Source of the DNA: Candidatus Micrarchaeota archaeon
GTDB taxonomy: Archaea; Micrarchaeota; Micrarchaeia; Norongarragalinales; Norongarragalinaceae
Length of the DNA: 64,000 bases
Direction of reading: 5' to 3'
NCBI GenBank assembly: GCA_016188965.1
Contig: JACPGT010000013.1
Span: forward strand, 116,609-180,608
Below, piece by piece: positions 45,006 through 54,233 of the stretch (positions are counted from its first letter, which is position 1; the number at the start of each line of letters is the position of its first letter). Below the pieces are notes generated by a model. It worked only from the letters and a program-made list of their open reading frames with translations, did no database searches and was not told where the DNA came from. The translations under genes and the position numbers were made by a program.

Positions 45006-47843
45006 TTAGCGGCCCTGCAGGCTGTCGGCATTCTGCGACAACCAGGCGATCAGGCTGTTGGCAGCCGACGTCGTGTCCGACGCCGAGTAGCCGTAGACCA
45101 GGATCTTGTCACCCTGGACCTTGACCACCGGTTCATCCGAAGCCGAGGCAGCCGGAGCACCCGAGAGCGCCGAAGCGGCGACCGAGTTGACCAGCGGACC
45201 ACCGACGACGATCAGCGGCTGAGCACCAGCCGAGGCATCCGTCACGACCAGCGGAGACGCGGCCGTGTCCAACGGCGTGACCACGAAGGCCGTCTCCTGC
45301 GAAGGCTTCAAGCCGTCCGCGCCGGAAACTGAACCACCCGTCGAGCCACTCGACGCGCCCGCAGCCGTGATCGTCTTGACCACGACTTTGTAGCCGTTGT
45401 TGTCCAAAGCGGTTTCGCCCGCCTTGAAGTCCGTCGTCGCCTTGTTGGCGCCCGTGTCCGTTCCTGCCGTCGACAGCGTCGTCAAAGCATGAGCCAGCGT
45501 CGTCGCGTACTGAATTTCCGCGTTCGTCAAGCTCAAGGCCGCCAACTTGCTGCCACGAGGCGAGATGTAGCCCACTTCGTACAGCGTCGGCGTCGTAGCC
45601 GTCGTCGTGTACGTAGCCGCACCCAACGCCGTCAGCGGGAAGTAACCACCCGTGGCCGTGCCGCTTTCCAGCGACAAGTGAGGCGTGCTCGAGCTCGCCT
45701 GGCTTACACCCAGCGAGAAAGCGCCCTGCACGGAGTCTTCCGTCGTGACGTACTCGGGAACGAACAAACCACGGCGGATCGTCGTCATGTCACCCGCTTC
45801 GAAGCCAGCCGGCGTGATACGCAGGTAGACGAAGTTCGGTCCGTAGTTGTACTTCACGAAGTTGCTGCCCACGTTGTAGGACACACCCGTCGCGCCCTGG
45901 CCCGGCGTAATCGTGCCGTTCCAGTTCTCGAAGTTGATGCGCACCGTACCGGCGGCCAGACCCATCAGGGTGCCGTCAACCGTGGCGTTGCCGTTCGCGT
46001 TCGTCAGGACGATTCCCGAAGGCGTCAAGCGCGCGGCCGAAGCCGTCACGTTCGAAATCGCGGCTGCCGGGAACGTGGCTGCCGTAGCGAAGCCCGTGTC
46101 CGTACCGAAGGTCCAGACGCCCGCCATCATCGTCGAGTTGGCGGCCGTGTTGTTCGTGAACCGGGCACCCGTGCCGAAGTCGTAGACTTTCGCGCCCGTA
46201 CCCGTGCTGATGCGCACGTTGGTGGCGGACGTCGTGTAGGCCGCACCGGCCAGCACCATGGTGGTGCTGTAGTACGGTACGAAGTTCGACGTCGTCGGGT
46301 CACGGAAGAAGACCGTACCCGCAGAGCCGTTGCCAGCCGCCGTGGCGTCCGAGATGATGTAGAATTCACGGGCGTTGGTCGGGGCCGAAGCGGCGTCCGA
46401 GAAGTCGAACGGCGAGGTCAGCGTCGACTGTGCCAAGATGTAGGACAAATCGACGGTCGTCGTGTCCGTGGCGCTGGTCTGGAAGCTCTGCGAACCCGTC
46501 GCGAACGTCAGCTTGTCGTAGGAGACGTCGGCCAGGCCGTTGTACGTGAGCTTCATCAGGGCAGGCTTGTCCAGGAAGTTCAGCGAGTCGCCCTTGTTCA
46601 GGTCCGACGCGACCGAGCGCGTCAGTTGGACGCGGGCCAGCGAGTGACCGTAGGACGTTCCGCCTCCGACGAGGTTGACGCGCCAGTTCGTGTTGTCCGT
46701 GCTGACCGAGCTGGATTGCTGCAGGGCCAACTTGTCGGAAAAGACGCTGACTTGCGCGTAGCTGGTCTGACCCAGACCGGCGAAGACCTGGAAGACGCGG
46801 ATGACGATACCATTCTTGTTGTATTCGCCATCTTGCTGCAGCGTCGTCGTGTCGATCACGTTGCCGTTGGCATCGCTGACTTCGAACGAAACGGACAGCA
46901 ACTGCGCCGTACCGGTCGGGACGGCCGAGATGTCCTTGAGCTTGGCGGAAATGCCGTTCGGGGACGTGACAGTGTCACCGATCTGCATGAACTCCTTGTA
47001 GGAGACTTCCTTACCCAGCGTCAGAACTGACGTGGCAGGCAGGGCCGTGTCCGAGTTGAAGTTGTCCATGCCGACGATAATCCAGTCCGCGCCCAAAAGC
47101 TTGACCTTGACGCGGTGCTTGGTCGTCTTGTAGGTGTCCGAGCAGGTCGAGTCGTCCGGCGTGAATTCCGTACAAACCTGGATGGGGTTCGTAAAGATGG
47201 ATTCGTACGCGACTTGCGGGTTCTTGGCCTTGACCGTCTTGGTCGAGGCGTCGTACTGCGTCTTGGAGTAGACGTAGTAGCGTTCCTCCTGCGTGTACGA
47301 CTTGGACACTTGCGAGTCCGTAATCGCGCCCTTGAAGGCCAAAGCCGATTCCGAGGACGTGATCTTGCGGCCAGCGCTGGCGAACGGAGACGTTCCGCCC
47401 AGGATGGTGTTGGTGCCCGTCAGGTCGTTGACGCGGTCATCCGTCGTGTTCGTGTCCAGGAAGCCTTCGACGTAGGTCTTCATCTGGTAGGCCACGTTCG
47501 GGTTGACGCCCGGCGTCGTGATTTCCAAGGAGACTTTGTCATCCGTGGAGGTCGTGCTGGCCGTACCGCCCGAGCAGGACAGCAGGTCAGCGCCCAGGAC
47601 GGTGATGTCCTGCGACGTGTAGGCCATGTTGCCGATCATAGCGGCAATGTTGGCTGCGGCGACGGCGTCCGAGGGTTGGGCCTGGGAGCCGACGACGATC
47701 TTCAGGTTCGGAGCACCGTTCGAGAAAAACGGGAAGTTGCTCAGACCGCTGGAGTCCACTTGGACTGCGCCAGCAAAAGCGGCGCCCAGCAATGCAGCGC
47801 CGGCAGCAGCCGTCGCGATTTTCTTGACGTTCAAACTTTTCAC
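45006..47843 (-). CDS. S-layer protein (Methanococcales/Thermococcales-type N- and C-terminal domains)
   Basis: KKIATAAAGAALLG signal, IVVGSQAQPSDAVAAANIAA, C-terminal LIVVGGPLVNSVA...VYGYSASDT; strong codon bias; GAGGTGG SD. Confidence 0.93.
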   Translation of the reverse strand: MKSLNVKKIATAAAGAALLGAAFAGAVQVDSSGLSNFPFFSNGAPNLKIVVGSQAQPSDAVAAANIAAMIGNMAYTSQDITVLGADLLSCSGGTASTTSTDDKVSLEITTPGVNPNVAYQMKTYVEGFLDTNTTDDRVNDLTGTNTILGGTSPFASAGRKITSSESALAFKGAITDSQVSKSYTQEERYYVYSKTQYDASTKTVKAKNPQVAYESIFTNPIQVCTEFTPDDSTCSDTYKTTKHRVKVKLLGADWIIVGMDNFNSDTALPATSVLTLGKEVSYKEFMQIGDTVTSPNGISAKLKDISAVPTGTAQLLSVSFEVSDANGNVIDTTTLQQDGEYNKNGIVIRVFQVFAGLGQTSYAQVSVFSDKLALQQSSSVSTDNTNWRVNLVGGGTSYGHSLARVQLTRSVASDLNKGDSLNFLDKPALMKLTYNGLADVSYDKLTFATGSQSFQTSATDTTTVDLSYILAQSTLTSPFDFSDAASAPTNAREFYIISDATAAGNGSAGTVFFRDPTTSNFVPYYSTTMVLAGAAYTTSATNVRISTGTGAKVYDFGTGARFTNNTAANSTMMAGVWTFGTDTGFATAATFPAAAISNVTASAARLTPSGIVLTNANGNATVDGTLMGLAAGTVRINFENWNGTITPGQGATGVSYNVGSNFVKYNYGPNFVYLRITPAGFEAGDMTTIRRGLFVPEYVTTEDSVQGAFSLGVSQASSSTPHLSLESGTATGGYFPLTALGAATYTTTATTPTLYEVGYISPRGSKLAALSLTNAEIQYATTLAHALTTLSTAGTDTGANKATTDFKAGETALDNNGYKVVVKTITAAGASSGSTGGSVSGADGLKPSQETAFVVTPLDTAASPLVVTDASAGAQPLIVVGGPLVNSVAASALSGAPAASASDEPVVKVQGDKILVYGYSASDTTSAANSLIAWLSQNADSLQGR

Positions 47844-47999
47844 GGAACCACCTCGACGAACATCGTTCGTCTAGTTACCAAAACAACTTGCGGCCGTAAC
47901 CCGACGGACGTTGCTTTTCATTTCCCAAACCCCGGGAACAACGACAGTCCGTCCGGCCTTTAGCCGAAGCGGAATACTTATCGGAACCCGGTTTTTAAA
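47844..47999 (-). promoter_or_regulatory. S-layer promoter and structured 5' leader
   Basis: TTTAAAAA at 47999-47992; stems GACGGAC/GTCCGTC, TTCCC/GGGAA and GACGAAC/GTTCGTC, the last abutting the SD. Confidence 0.55.
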
Positions 48000-48294
48000 C
48001 CTTTCCAAAACCTTACGCTGTTTGACGAATAGCCCTCGGACAGGCCAAAACAGGCCGAAAAGGGGTCGAAAATCCGACGTTTGTCGAAAACCGGACGAAA
48101 CAGCGGCCATGCGCCTCACCCTCCCCTTTGCCTCGGAGCCCCCCCCACCGGCCGGCACGCGGTTTGGAATTGCTGGAGATTATTAGGATTTTCGTCATAT
48201 ATAATATAGGCGAAGCCAAACCCAAATGGCGAATATGTTACTACCAACAAGTTTATAAATAATGATTGTGAGTAATATAGCAGGCGAAAAAAGC

Positions 48295-48678
48295 ATGGCG
48301 CATGAATTCAACTCCCAACAAATCAAGCAGGTCGTCTCGGCCAACAAGGCCAAGTTCACCGGCGAGCACGGGCACGGACCGAAGGAATTCGAGCAGACGA
48401 CCATGTTCATCCCGGTGGCCACGGAAGGAAAAGCCGTCATCAACGTGCAGACGCGTCAGAAATTCCTGACAACGGGCATCACGAACTGGCGTATGTACCA
48501 CTTCCACCGCGCGGCGGCCATCATGGGCGCCGTGGCGGCCGTGTGGCTCATCTTCATCAACCCGTACCTCTCGGCGGCAGCCGGCATGGCCTCGGCCTGG
48601 AGCTATGGCGAGTACCTGAAGAAGGATTTCACGATCAACCACATCTACAAGAGCCGTCACCTGCTGGAAAGCACGTAG
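48295..48678 (+). CDS. Small membrane protein, unrecognised 'TRxxF/Y' family member A
   Basis: MFIPV..VINVQTRQKFL followed by a hydrophobic hairpin; TTTATAAA at 48252-48259. Confidence 0.8.
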   Translation: MAHEFNSQQIKQVVSANKAKFTGEHGHGPKEFEQTTMFIPVATEGKAVINVQTRQKFLTTGITNWRMYHFHRAAAIMGAVAAVWLIFINPYLSAAAGMASAWSYGEYLKKDFTINHIYKSRHLLEST

Positions 48679-48709
48679 GCGGAAGGAAAGGAACGAGGAT
48701 TCGTAAAAC

Positions 48710-49156
48710 ATGAGTGGACATGGACCCGTGGACCCGCGCGACCACCTGCTGCACGACATCGAGTCGACGGCCACGCCGGCGCACCACGCGGCGGAGGACG
48801 TCGAACACGCCATGCACGAGGCCCACGAAGAGCACGCGCAGGGCATCAGCACGGCGGACCACCCCCCGCACGTGTCGTACATGCCCATGGAAGTGGACCG
48901 CACGGTCCCGCCCAACCTGCGCCAGTTCACGCGGTGGGAATACCTCTCCGAATACGTCGAATGGTGGCGCCAGGGCGTCACGTCGAAAGTGCAGTCCGTG
49001 GTCTTTTTGGGCCTCGGGTTGCTGACGCTGGAAACGTTTCCGCCCGGCGCGTTGTTGATGTTCGCCTTGTCGGCGCGCCATCAGGACCTGGCCTGGATGT
49101 ACGACTTCATCGCCAAGAAGTTCGGCGCCTCCCGTACCTTGACGCTGGTCGATTAG
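48710..49156 (+). CDS. Small His-rich membrane protein, family member B
   Basis: SYMPME..VPPNLRQFTRWEYLS followed by a hydrophobic hairpin. Confidence 0.8.
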   Translation: MSGHGPVDPRDHLLHDIESTATPAHHAAEDVEHAMHEAHEEHAQGISTADHPPHVSYMPMEVDRTVPPNLRQFTRWEYLSEYVEWWRQGVTSKVQSVVFLGLGLLTLETFPPGALLMFALSARHQDLAWMYDFIAKKFGASRTLTLVD

Positions 49157-49301
49157 GAACGAAGAAAAACCTCTTTCATTTTTTTCAAAAAAACGAAAAA
49201 ACCCAAAAAAAAGGGAAAGCACGCGACACGGAAAAAACCGGAAAAGTCGCGAAAAAAGCCGAAAAACCTCGAAAAAAACCAACCAAACGTGAAACCGAAA
49301 A

Positions 49302-49508
49302 ATGGCGGAAGAAATCTACGAAGAAAAGGACGCGCCGTGGGAGACGCACTTGATGTCCTTCCTGGAGGACATGGGCCTAGTCAAGATCATCGACGGCCCG
49401 ACGGACTTCAAGACGGGCATGTTCGACCACGGATTCATCCTGCCGGATTGGATCATCAACGCCATCGTGGTGCTGACGGTCCTGTACTGGCTCTTCACGG
49501 TGAAATAA
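49302..49508 (+). CDS. Small acidic protein with a C-terminal TM
   Basis: 68 aa ending WIINAIVVLTVLYWLFTVK; 1-nt gap to the next gene. Confidence 0.75.
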   Translation: MAEEIYEEKDAPWETHLMSFLEDMGLVKIIDGPTDFKTGMFDHGFILPDWIINAIVVLTVLYWLFTVK

Positions 49509-49509
49509 G

Positions 49510-49983
49510 ATGGCCATGACCAACTACACAAGCTCGCACCTCGTCGAGTACGTCGAGAAGACCGGCGCCGCCAAAATCGAGGGGAAGGCTCAAGGCGGGC
49601 ATGACGCCCACGGCCAGAGCGGCCACGGAGGCGGCGACCACGGACGCCAGCTGCACCACATGTACGTGCCCATGAAGCAAGTGGGCCACATGATGGAAGG
49701 CGGCAAGAAAGTGCCGGTGCACAACCTGCACGTGCACACCCGTGCCCAGTTCCTCTCGGGTTTGGTGGACAGCGGCTTCCGCACGGGCGCTCTGGGTACG
49801 GCATACCGGTCGTACTTCTATGCCATCGTGTTCTTCGTGCTGACGGTGCTGACGTACAACGTCAGCCTGTACGTGGCCGCGGTGTTCGCGTACATGGCGG
49901 GCCTGCACTGGTCGCGCCGTCTGATCGAGCCGCCGTGGTCCGTCACCTGGTTCAAAGGAAAGGCCCTGTACCACACGAAGTAG
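49510..49983 (+). CDS. Small His/Gly-rich membrane protein, family member C
   Basis: MYVPMK..VPVHNLHVHTRAQFLS followed by two TM segments. Confidence 0.8.
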   Translation: MAMTNYTSSHLVEYVEKTGAAKIEGKAQGGHDAHGQSGHGGGDHGRQLHHMYVPMKQVGHMMEGGKKVPVHNLHVHTRAQFLSGLVDSGFRTGALGTAYRSYFYAIVFFVLTVLTYNVSLYVAAVFAYMAGLHWSRRLIEPPWSVTWFKGKALYHTK

Positions 49984-50226
49984 AAAACGACCATTCATTT
50001 CTTTTTTCATTTATCCAAAAAAAAGCAAATGCAAAAAAACCAAAAAAAAAACAAAAAACGCGAACGAGAAAAACGAAGGAAAACCGGATCGGAAAAGAAA
50101 GAAAACGAACGAAAACGCGAAGCAAAAAAAACAAAAAAAAGGAAAAAGCTGAATCCGCAATACGCGGAAAACGAACAAAAACAGGAAAAAAGCAAGCCAA
50201 CTTCGAAATAGCGAAGGTGTGAAAAG

Positions 50227-50532
50227 ATGAGTTCCGATATCGAGCACAACCCCGGCGTCGTCGTGTCCATGGGTATCACCGAAAGCAAGGTACCCATGCT
50301 GCGCGCCACCACGCGGTGGGACTACGTGTCGCGCTTCTTGGCCGTGTGGAAGGAGTACGTCCGCTTCCAGATCTACTACGGCGTGCTGCTCATTTTGGGC
50401 ATCTACCTGCTCTTCGTGCAGCCCGTGCTGGCCGTGCCGGCGCTGGCGGGTGCCGCGTACTTCTACCAGCTCAAGGAGTTCCGAAAAGAGCGCACCCTGC
50501 GATCGAAACGTACCGTCATCATCGGACACTAG
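50227..50532 (+). CDS. Small membrane protein, family member D
   Basis: VVVSMG..VPMLRATTRWDYVS followed by two TM segments; AGGTG SD. Confidence 0.8.
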   Translation: MSSDIEHNPGVVVSMGITESKVPMLRATTRWDYVSRFLAVWKEYVRFQIYYGVLLILGIYLLFVQPVLAVPALAGAAYFYQLKEFRKERTLRSKRTVIIGH

Positions 50533-50866
50533 GCGCAGAAGGCCCTAAATAGGGTCGAAAATGCCGAAAGGACGAAACAACGTACGGAAACGGAAAGGCA
50601 CACCGCCGAAAAAAAGACGCACAGTGCCTTTTCCCTCTTTTTGCATTTTTTTCCAAAGCAGCCGGTGGGCCAATGCCGACGGATGCGTCTTTTTCATCTT
50701 TTCCAAGGCCCAGCGAAGCATCGTTCCGCAAAAGCCCGCAACCCCAACCGAACCGTTAAACGGATGCGCCGCAAAGCCGCGGAACGAACGCGCCTAGACT
50801 AGTCGGCCGGACCGTTGCGAAGGCTTCCCGCAACCCTTAAAATCCTCTGGTATCAACCATTCAGCT

Positions 50867-50944
50867 ATGCGTCTTGAACAGCTGGAGAAATTGTTGCAGC
50901 GCCAAGTCCGCGCCCACGCCAGCAAGCGCATCATCAATAACTAG
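50867..50944 (+). CDS. Possible 25-aa leader peptide
   Basis: MRLEQLEKLLQRQVRAHASKRIINN*; CCTTAAAA box about 25-30 nt upstream; ends 9 nt before the tRNA. Confidence 0.35.
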   Translation: MRLEQLEKLLQRQVRAHASKRIINN

Positions 50945-50953
50945 TTTTCAGAG

Positions 50954-51067
50954 GCCCTGGTAGCTCAGCCGGTAGAGCGGCTGACTGTTAGCTTTTTTGG
51001 CGGCGGTTTTTCAAAGCCAAGAACGCCAGACATCAGCAGGTCGTTGGTTCGAGTCCGACCCAGGGCG
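50954..51067 (+). tRNA. tRNA-Asn(GTT) with a 41-nt intron at 37/38 (50991-51031)
   Basis: Acceptor GCCCTGG/CCAGGGC + G73, D-arm GCTC/GAGC, anticodon stem GCTGA/TCAGC, GTT at 50987-50989, T-loop TTCGAGT; CCA not encoded. Confidence 0.93.
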
Positions 51068-51135
51068 CTTTCATTTTTTCAGTTCTTCATACATTATTTT
51101 TTCCAGTCGTCTGAAAGTCGTTCGTCGTGTGTGCC

Positions 51136-51417
51136 ATGGAAGTGCGGAAGGTTCTGGAAAAAATCGCGGCCGCCCAGCGCGTGCCGTTGGACGAGAGGGA
51201 AAAAGAGACGTTCAGCCACCAGATTAGCCAAGTGTTGGCGGCGTTTGACCGGCTTGACCAGGTCGACACAAAAGGCGTGCCGCCGTCATACCACCCCGTC
51301 GACATCCCGGCACAATTGCGGCCCGACGAAATCGAGCCGTCACCGGCGCCGGTGGCCAACGCCCGCCGCACCGAGAAAGGCTACATCAAAGGCCCGAGGA
51401 TGATGAAGACGGCATGA
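51136..51417 (+). CDS. gatC: Asp-tRNA(Asn)/Glu-tRNA(Gln) amidotransferase subunit C
   Basis: LDQVDTKGVPP..H...LRPDE...NA..TEKGYIKGP; overlaps gatA. Confidence 0.9.
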   Translation: MEVRKVLEKIAAAQRVPLDEREKETFSHQISQVLAAFDRLDQVDTKGVPPSYHPVDIPAQLRPDEIEPSPAPVANARRTEKGYIKGPRMMKTA

Positions 51418-52715
51418 CGGACCGCTTTGAAACTCTGGAAAAGGTGCGCCGCGCCGATGCCAATTTTTCCTGCATGGCATTCGTGCCCGAGTCGTTGGGC
51501 CAGCCGGCTGGCGGTCCGCTTTCCGGCACGTTCTTGGGCATCAAGGACAACCTCTGCGTGCAAGGCATGCCAGCGCAGGCCGGCTCGAAGATATTGGAAG
51601 GCTACATGCCGCCTTTTTCGGCCACGGCCGTCTCGCGTTTGCAGCAAAAAGGCGCCACCGTCGTGGGAAAAACAGTGATGGATGCGTTCGGTTTCGGGAC
51701 GTTCAACGCCAACACGTACAAGGTTCCTAAGAACCCGCACGACGTGTCACGGGCGGCGGGCGGCTCGTCCGGCGGATGCGCCGTGCTCACCGCGGCGACC
51801 GGCATTCCGTGCGTGGCGGAGTCGACCGGCGGAAGCATCAGCGCGCCGGCGGCCTTTTGCGGCGTGGTGGGCGTGACACCGACATACGGCAAAGTCAGCC
51901 GGTACGGCCTCATCGATTACGCCAACAGTTTGGACAAGATCGGTTCCATGGCCGCAACAGTGCGCGAGGCGTTCGATTTGATTGACGCCATGGCCGGTCC
52001 GGATGCGTTGGATTCCACTTCGCTGGTGCCGGCGCCGATGAAAAAAATCCAAGGCAAAGTGGCCGTGGTCAGCGAGTTGTTTGAAAAAGCCGAGGCCGGC
52101 GTGCGCACGGTTGCGATGCAAGCCGTGGAAAAACTGGAGCAGACCGGCGTGGCCGTCGAGGAAGTCCGGCTGGAGCACACCGAAAACGCTTTGTATGCAT
52201 ATTATATTCTGGCCATGGCCGAAGCGTCGACAAACTTGGCCAAGTTCGTGGGCCTGCGCTATGGCCAACAGCCGGCGCCGGAGGAATCCGAGACGTATAC
52301 CGATTATTTCACGCGCGTGCGCGAGCTTTTCGGACCGGAGGAGAAGCGCCGTATACTGTTGGGCAGTTTCGCCCGCACCGCCGGTTACCGCGGCAAGTAC
52401 TACGACAAGGCCGCGCGCGTGCGGACCTTGGTCATCCGCGAACTCAAAAACCTGCTGGAAAAATACGATGCGTTGTTGATGCCATCCATGCCGTGCGTGG
52501 CCCCTCGGTTTTCCGACATCGAAAAATTGTCGCCGTTGGAGCATTACGCGATGGACGTGTGCACCGTGCCGGCGAATTTGGCCGGATTGCCGCATGCCAG
52601 CGTGCCGGTCGGCACATCGCAAAGCATGCCAGTGGGCTTGCAGATCGTCGCGGATCATTTCCAGGAAGGCATCGTCCGCCATTACGGCGAGGCCGTGGAG
52701 GGGCAACGCACATGA
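51414..52715 (+). CDS. gatA: Amidotransferase subunit A (amidase signature)
   Basis: IKDN, GGSSGG, ESTGGSISAPAAFCGVVG, VSRYGL, EEKRRILLG. Confidence 0.96.
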   Translation: MTDRFETLEKVRRADANFSCMAFVPESLGQPAGGPLSGTFLGIKDNLCVQGMPAQAGSKILEGYMPPFSATAVSRLQQKGATVVGKTVMDAFGFGTFNANTYKVPKNPHDVSRAAGGSSGGCAVLTAATGIPCVAESTGGSISAPAAFCGVVGVTPTYGKVSRYGLIDYANSLDKIGSMAATVREAFDLIDAMAGPDALDSTSLVPAPMKKIQGKVAVVSELFEKAEAGVRTVAMQAVEKLEQTGVAVEEVRLEHTENALYAYYILAMAEASTNLAKFVGLRYGQQPAPEESETYTDYFTRVRELFGPEEKRRILLGSFARTAGYRGKYYDKAARVRTLVIRELKNLLEKYDALLMPSMPCVAPRFSDIEKLSPLEHYAMDVCTVPANLAGLPHASVPVGTSQSMPVGLQIVADHFQEGIVRHYGEAVEGQRT

Positions 52716-54139
52716 ACGCCCCCGCCGCCCTACAGGCCGAAGATGACGGCCTCAAAATCGGGCTTGAGACGCACGTGACGCTTAACACCAAGACCAAGTT
52801 GTTCTGCGGTTGCAACGCGAAGGCGCCGGCGGACGCGTTGCCAAACCAGTACACGTGTCCGACGTGCCTAGGCCTTCCGGGATCCAAGCCGCGGCTGAAC
52901 GGAAAAGCGGTGGAATTGGCGGTGCGGGCGGCGCAGGCGCTCACTTTCGACATCGATTTGGACAGCCGTTTCGCACGCAAGACGTACTATTACCCGGATT
53001 TGTCCAAAGATTACCAAATCACGCAGTACGATCGGCCGCTGGGGTTGCGCGGAAAACTCAAGGTCAGCGAAAACTCCGTAGACCTCACCCGGCTTCACAT
53101 CGAGGAGGATCCGGCGCAGATCGTGTATCCGCATGGCAACATGGCCAACAGCACGTACAGCCTGCTGGACTACAACCGATCAGGAATGCCGCTGCTGGAA
53201 ATCGTGACGGAGCCGTGCCTCAAGAGCCCTATGGATGCCAAAGCCTATTTGGAGGAATTGTTCCGCCTCTTGGCGTATCTGGGCGTGATCGACGCCAAAG
53301 CCGAGCGCGTGATGAAGACGGATGCGAATATATCCATCCGCGGCGGCCAGCGCGTCGAGATCAAGAACATCACGTCGTTTGCCGCGGTCGAAAAAGCGTT
53401 GCAGTCCGAACGCTTCCGCCAGAAAAAAATGCTACAGACCGGAAAAACCATCGAACGGCAGACGCGGCTGTATTCCGAGGAGACGGACACCACGCTTCTG
53501 ATGCGGACGAAAGAGCAGGAAGAGGATTACGGCTACATCGTCGAGCCGGACCTGCCGCCCTTGACGCTTTCGCACGAGTACGTCGAATCCGTGCGTGCCG
53601 CGACCAAGGAGTTGCCGGAAAAGGCCATCACACGCCTGGCAGGCGTCGTTCCGGCGCAATACGCACCCATCCTGGTGTACCAGGGATTGCTGCCGTACTT
53701 CGAATCCTCCAGGACCGCGGACAAGAACCTCTTGGCGCGCTGGACGTGCGGCTACTTGTTGAAGGCCATGAACTACAATGACATCGACGCGCCGGATTCG
53801 GCGTTGCCGGTTGCCGAATTGGACGCATTGCTTGCCGCCATCCAAAGCGGAAAAATCACGGAACGCGCCGCCATGGAGTACATCAAGCGCATGGTGACGG
53901 AGAAGAAGACTTTTGCGGCCGTCATGCAGGCCGGAAGCGTCGGATTGGCAGAAAGCGGCGCGCAAACGGCGGCCGACGCGTTGGTATTGAAGATCATCTC
54001 CGAAAACGCGAAAGCCGTGGCGGAATACCGCGCCGGCAAAGCCAAGTCCCTCGAATTCCTGGTAGGTCAGTTCCTGCGGCAGAACCTCGGGCTTCATCCC
54101 AACGAAGTCCGGGAATTGTTCAGGAAAAACATGGCGTAA
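52712..54139 (+). CDS. gatB: Amidotransferase subunit B
   Basis: IGLETHV.L.TKTKLFC, RKTYYYPDL, HIEED, DYNRSG.PLLEIVTEP, DANIS, VEIKN; ATGA overlap with gatA. Confidence 0.97.
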   Translation: MNAPAALQAEDDGLKIGLETHVTLNTKTKLFCGCNAKAPADALPNQYTCPTCLGLPGSKPRLNGKAVELAVRAAQALTFDIDLDSRFARKTYYYPDLSKDYQITQYDRPLGLRGKLKVSENSVDLTRLHIEEDPAQIVYPHGNMANSTYSLLDYNRSGMPLLEIVTEPCLKSPMDAKAYLEELFRLLAYLGVIDAKAERVMKTDANISIRGGQRVEIKNITSFAAVEKALQSERFRQKKMLQTGKTIERQTRLYSEETDTTLLMRTKEQEEDYGYIVEPDLPPLTLSHEYVESVRAATKELPEKAITRLAGVVPAQYAPILVYQGLLPYFESSRTADKNLLARWTCGYLLKAMNYNDIDAPDSALPVAELDALLAAIQSGKITERAAMEYIKRMVTEKKTFAAVMQAGSVGLAESGAQTAADALVLKIISENAKAVAEYRAGKAKSLEFLVGQFLRQNLGLHPNEVRELFRKNMA

Positions 54140-54233
54140 CGCCAACGTTGTTTCTCCTCTTTTTTAGTCAGGGTTGATTTTCCTTCTACTCAACATTTAT
54201 ATTATAATGTATATGATAAACGCGGTGAGGTGG

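Noticed and set aside
48040-48170. G/C-run segment considered as SRP RNA, RNase P RNA or tRNA
   Set aside because: No recognisable conserved motifs or cloverleaf.
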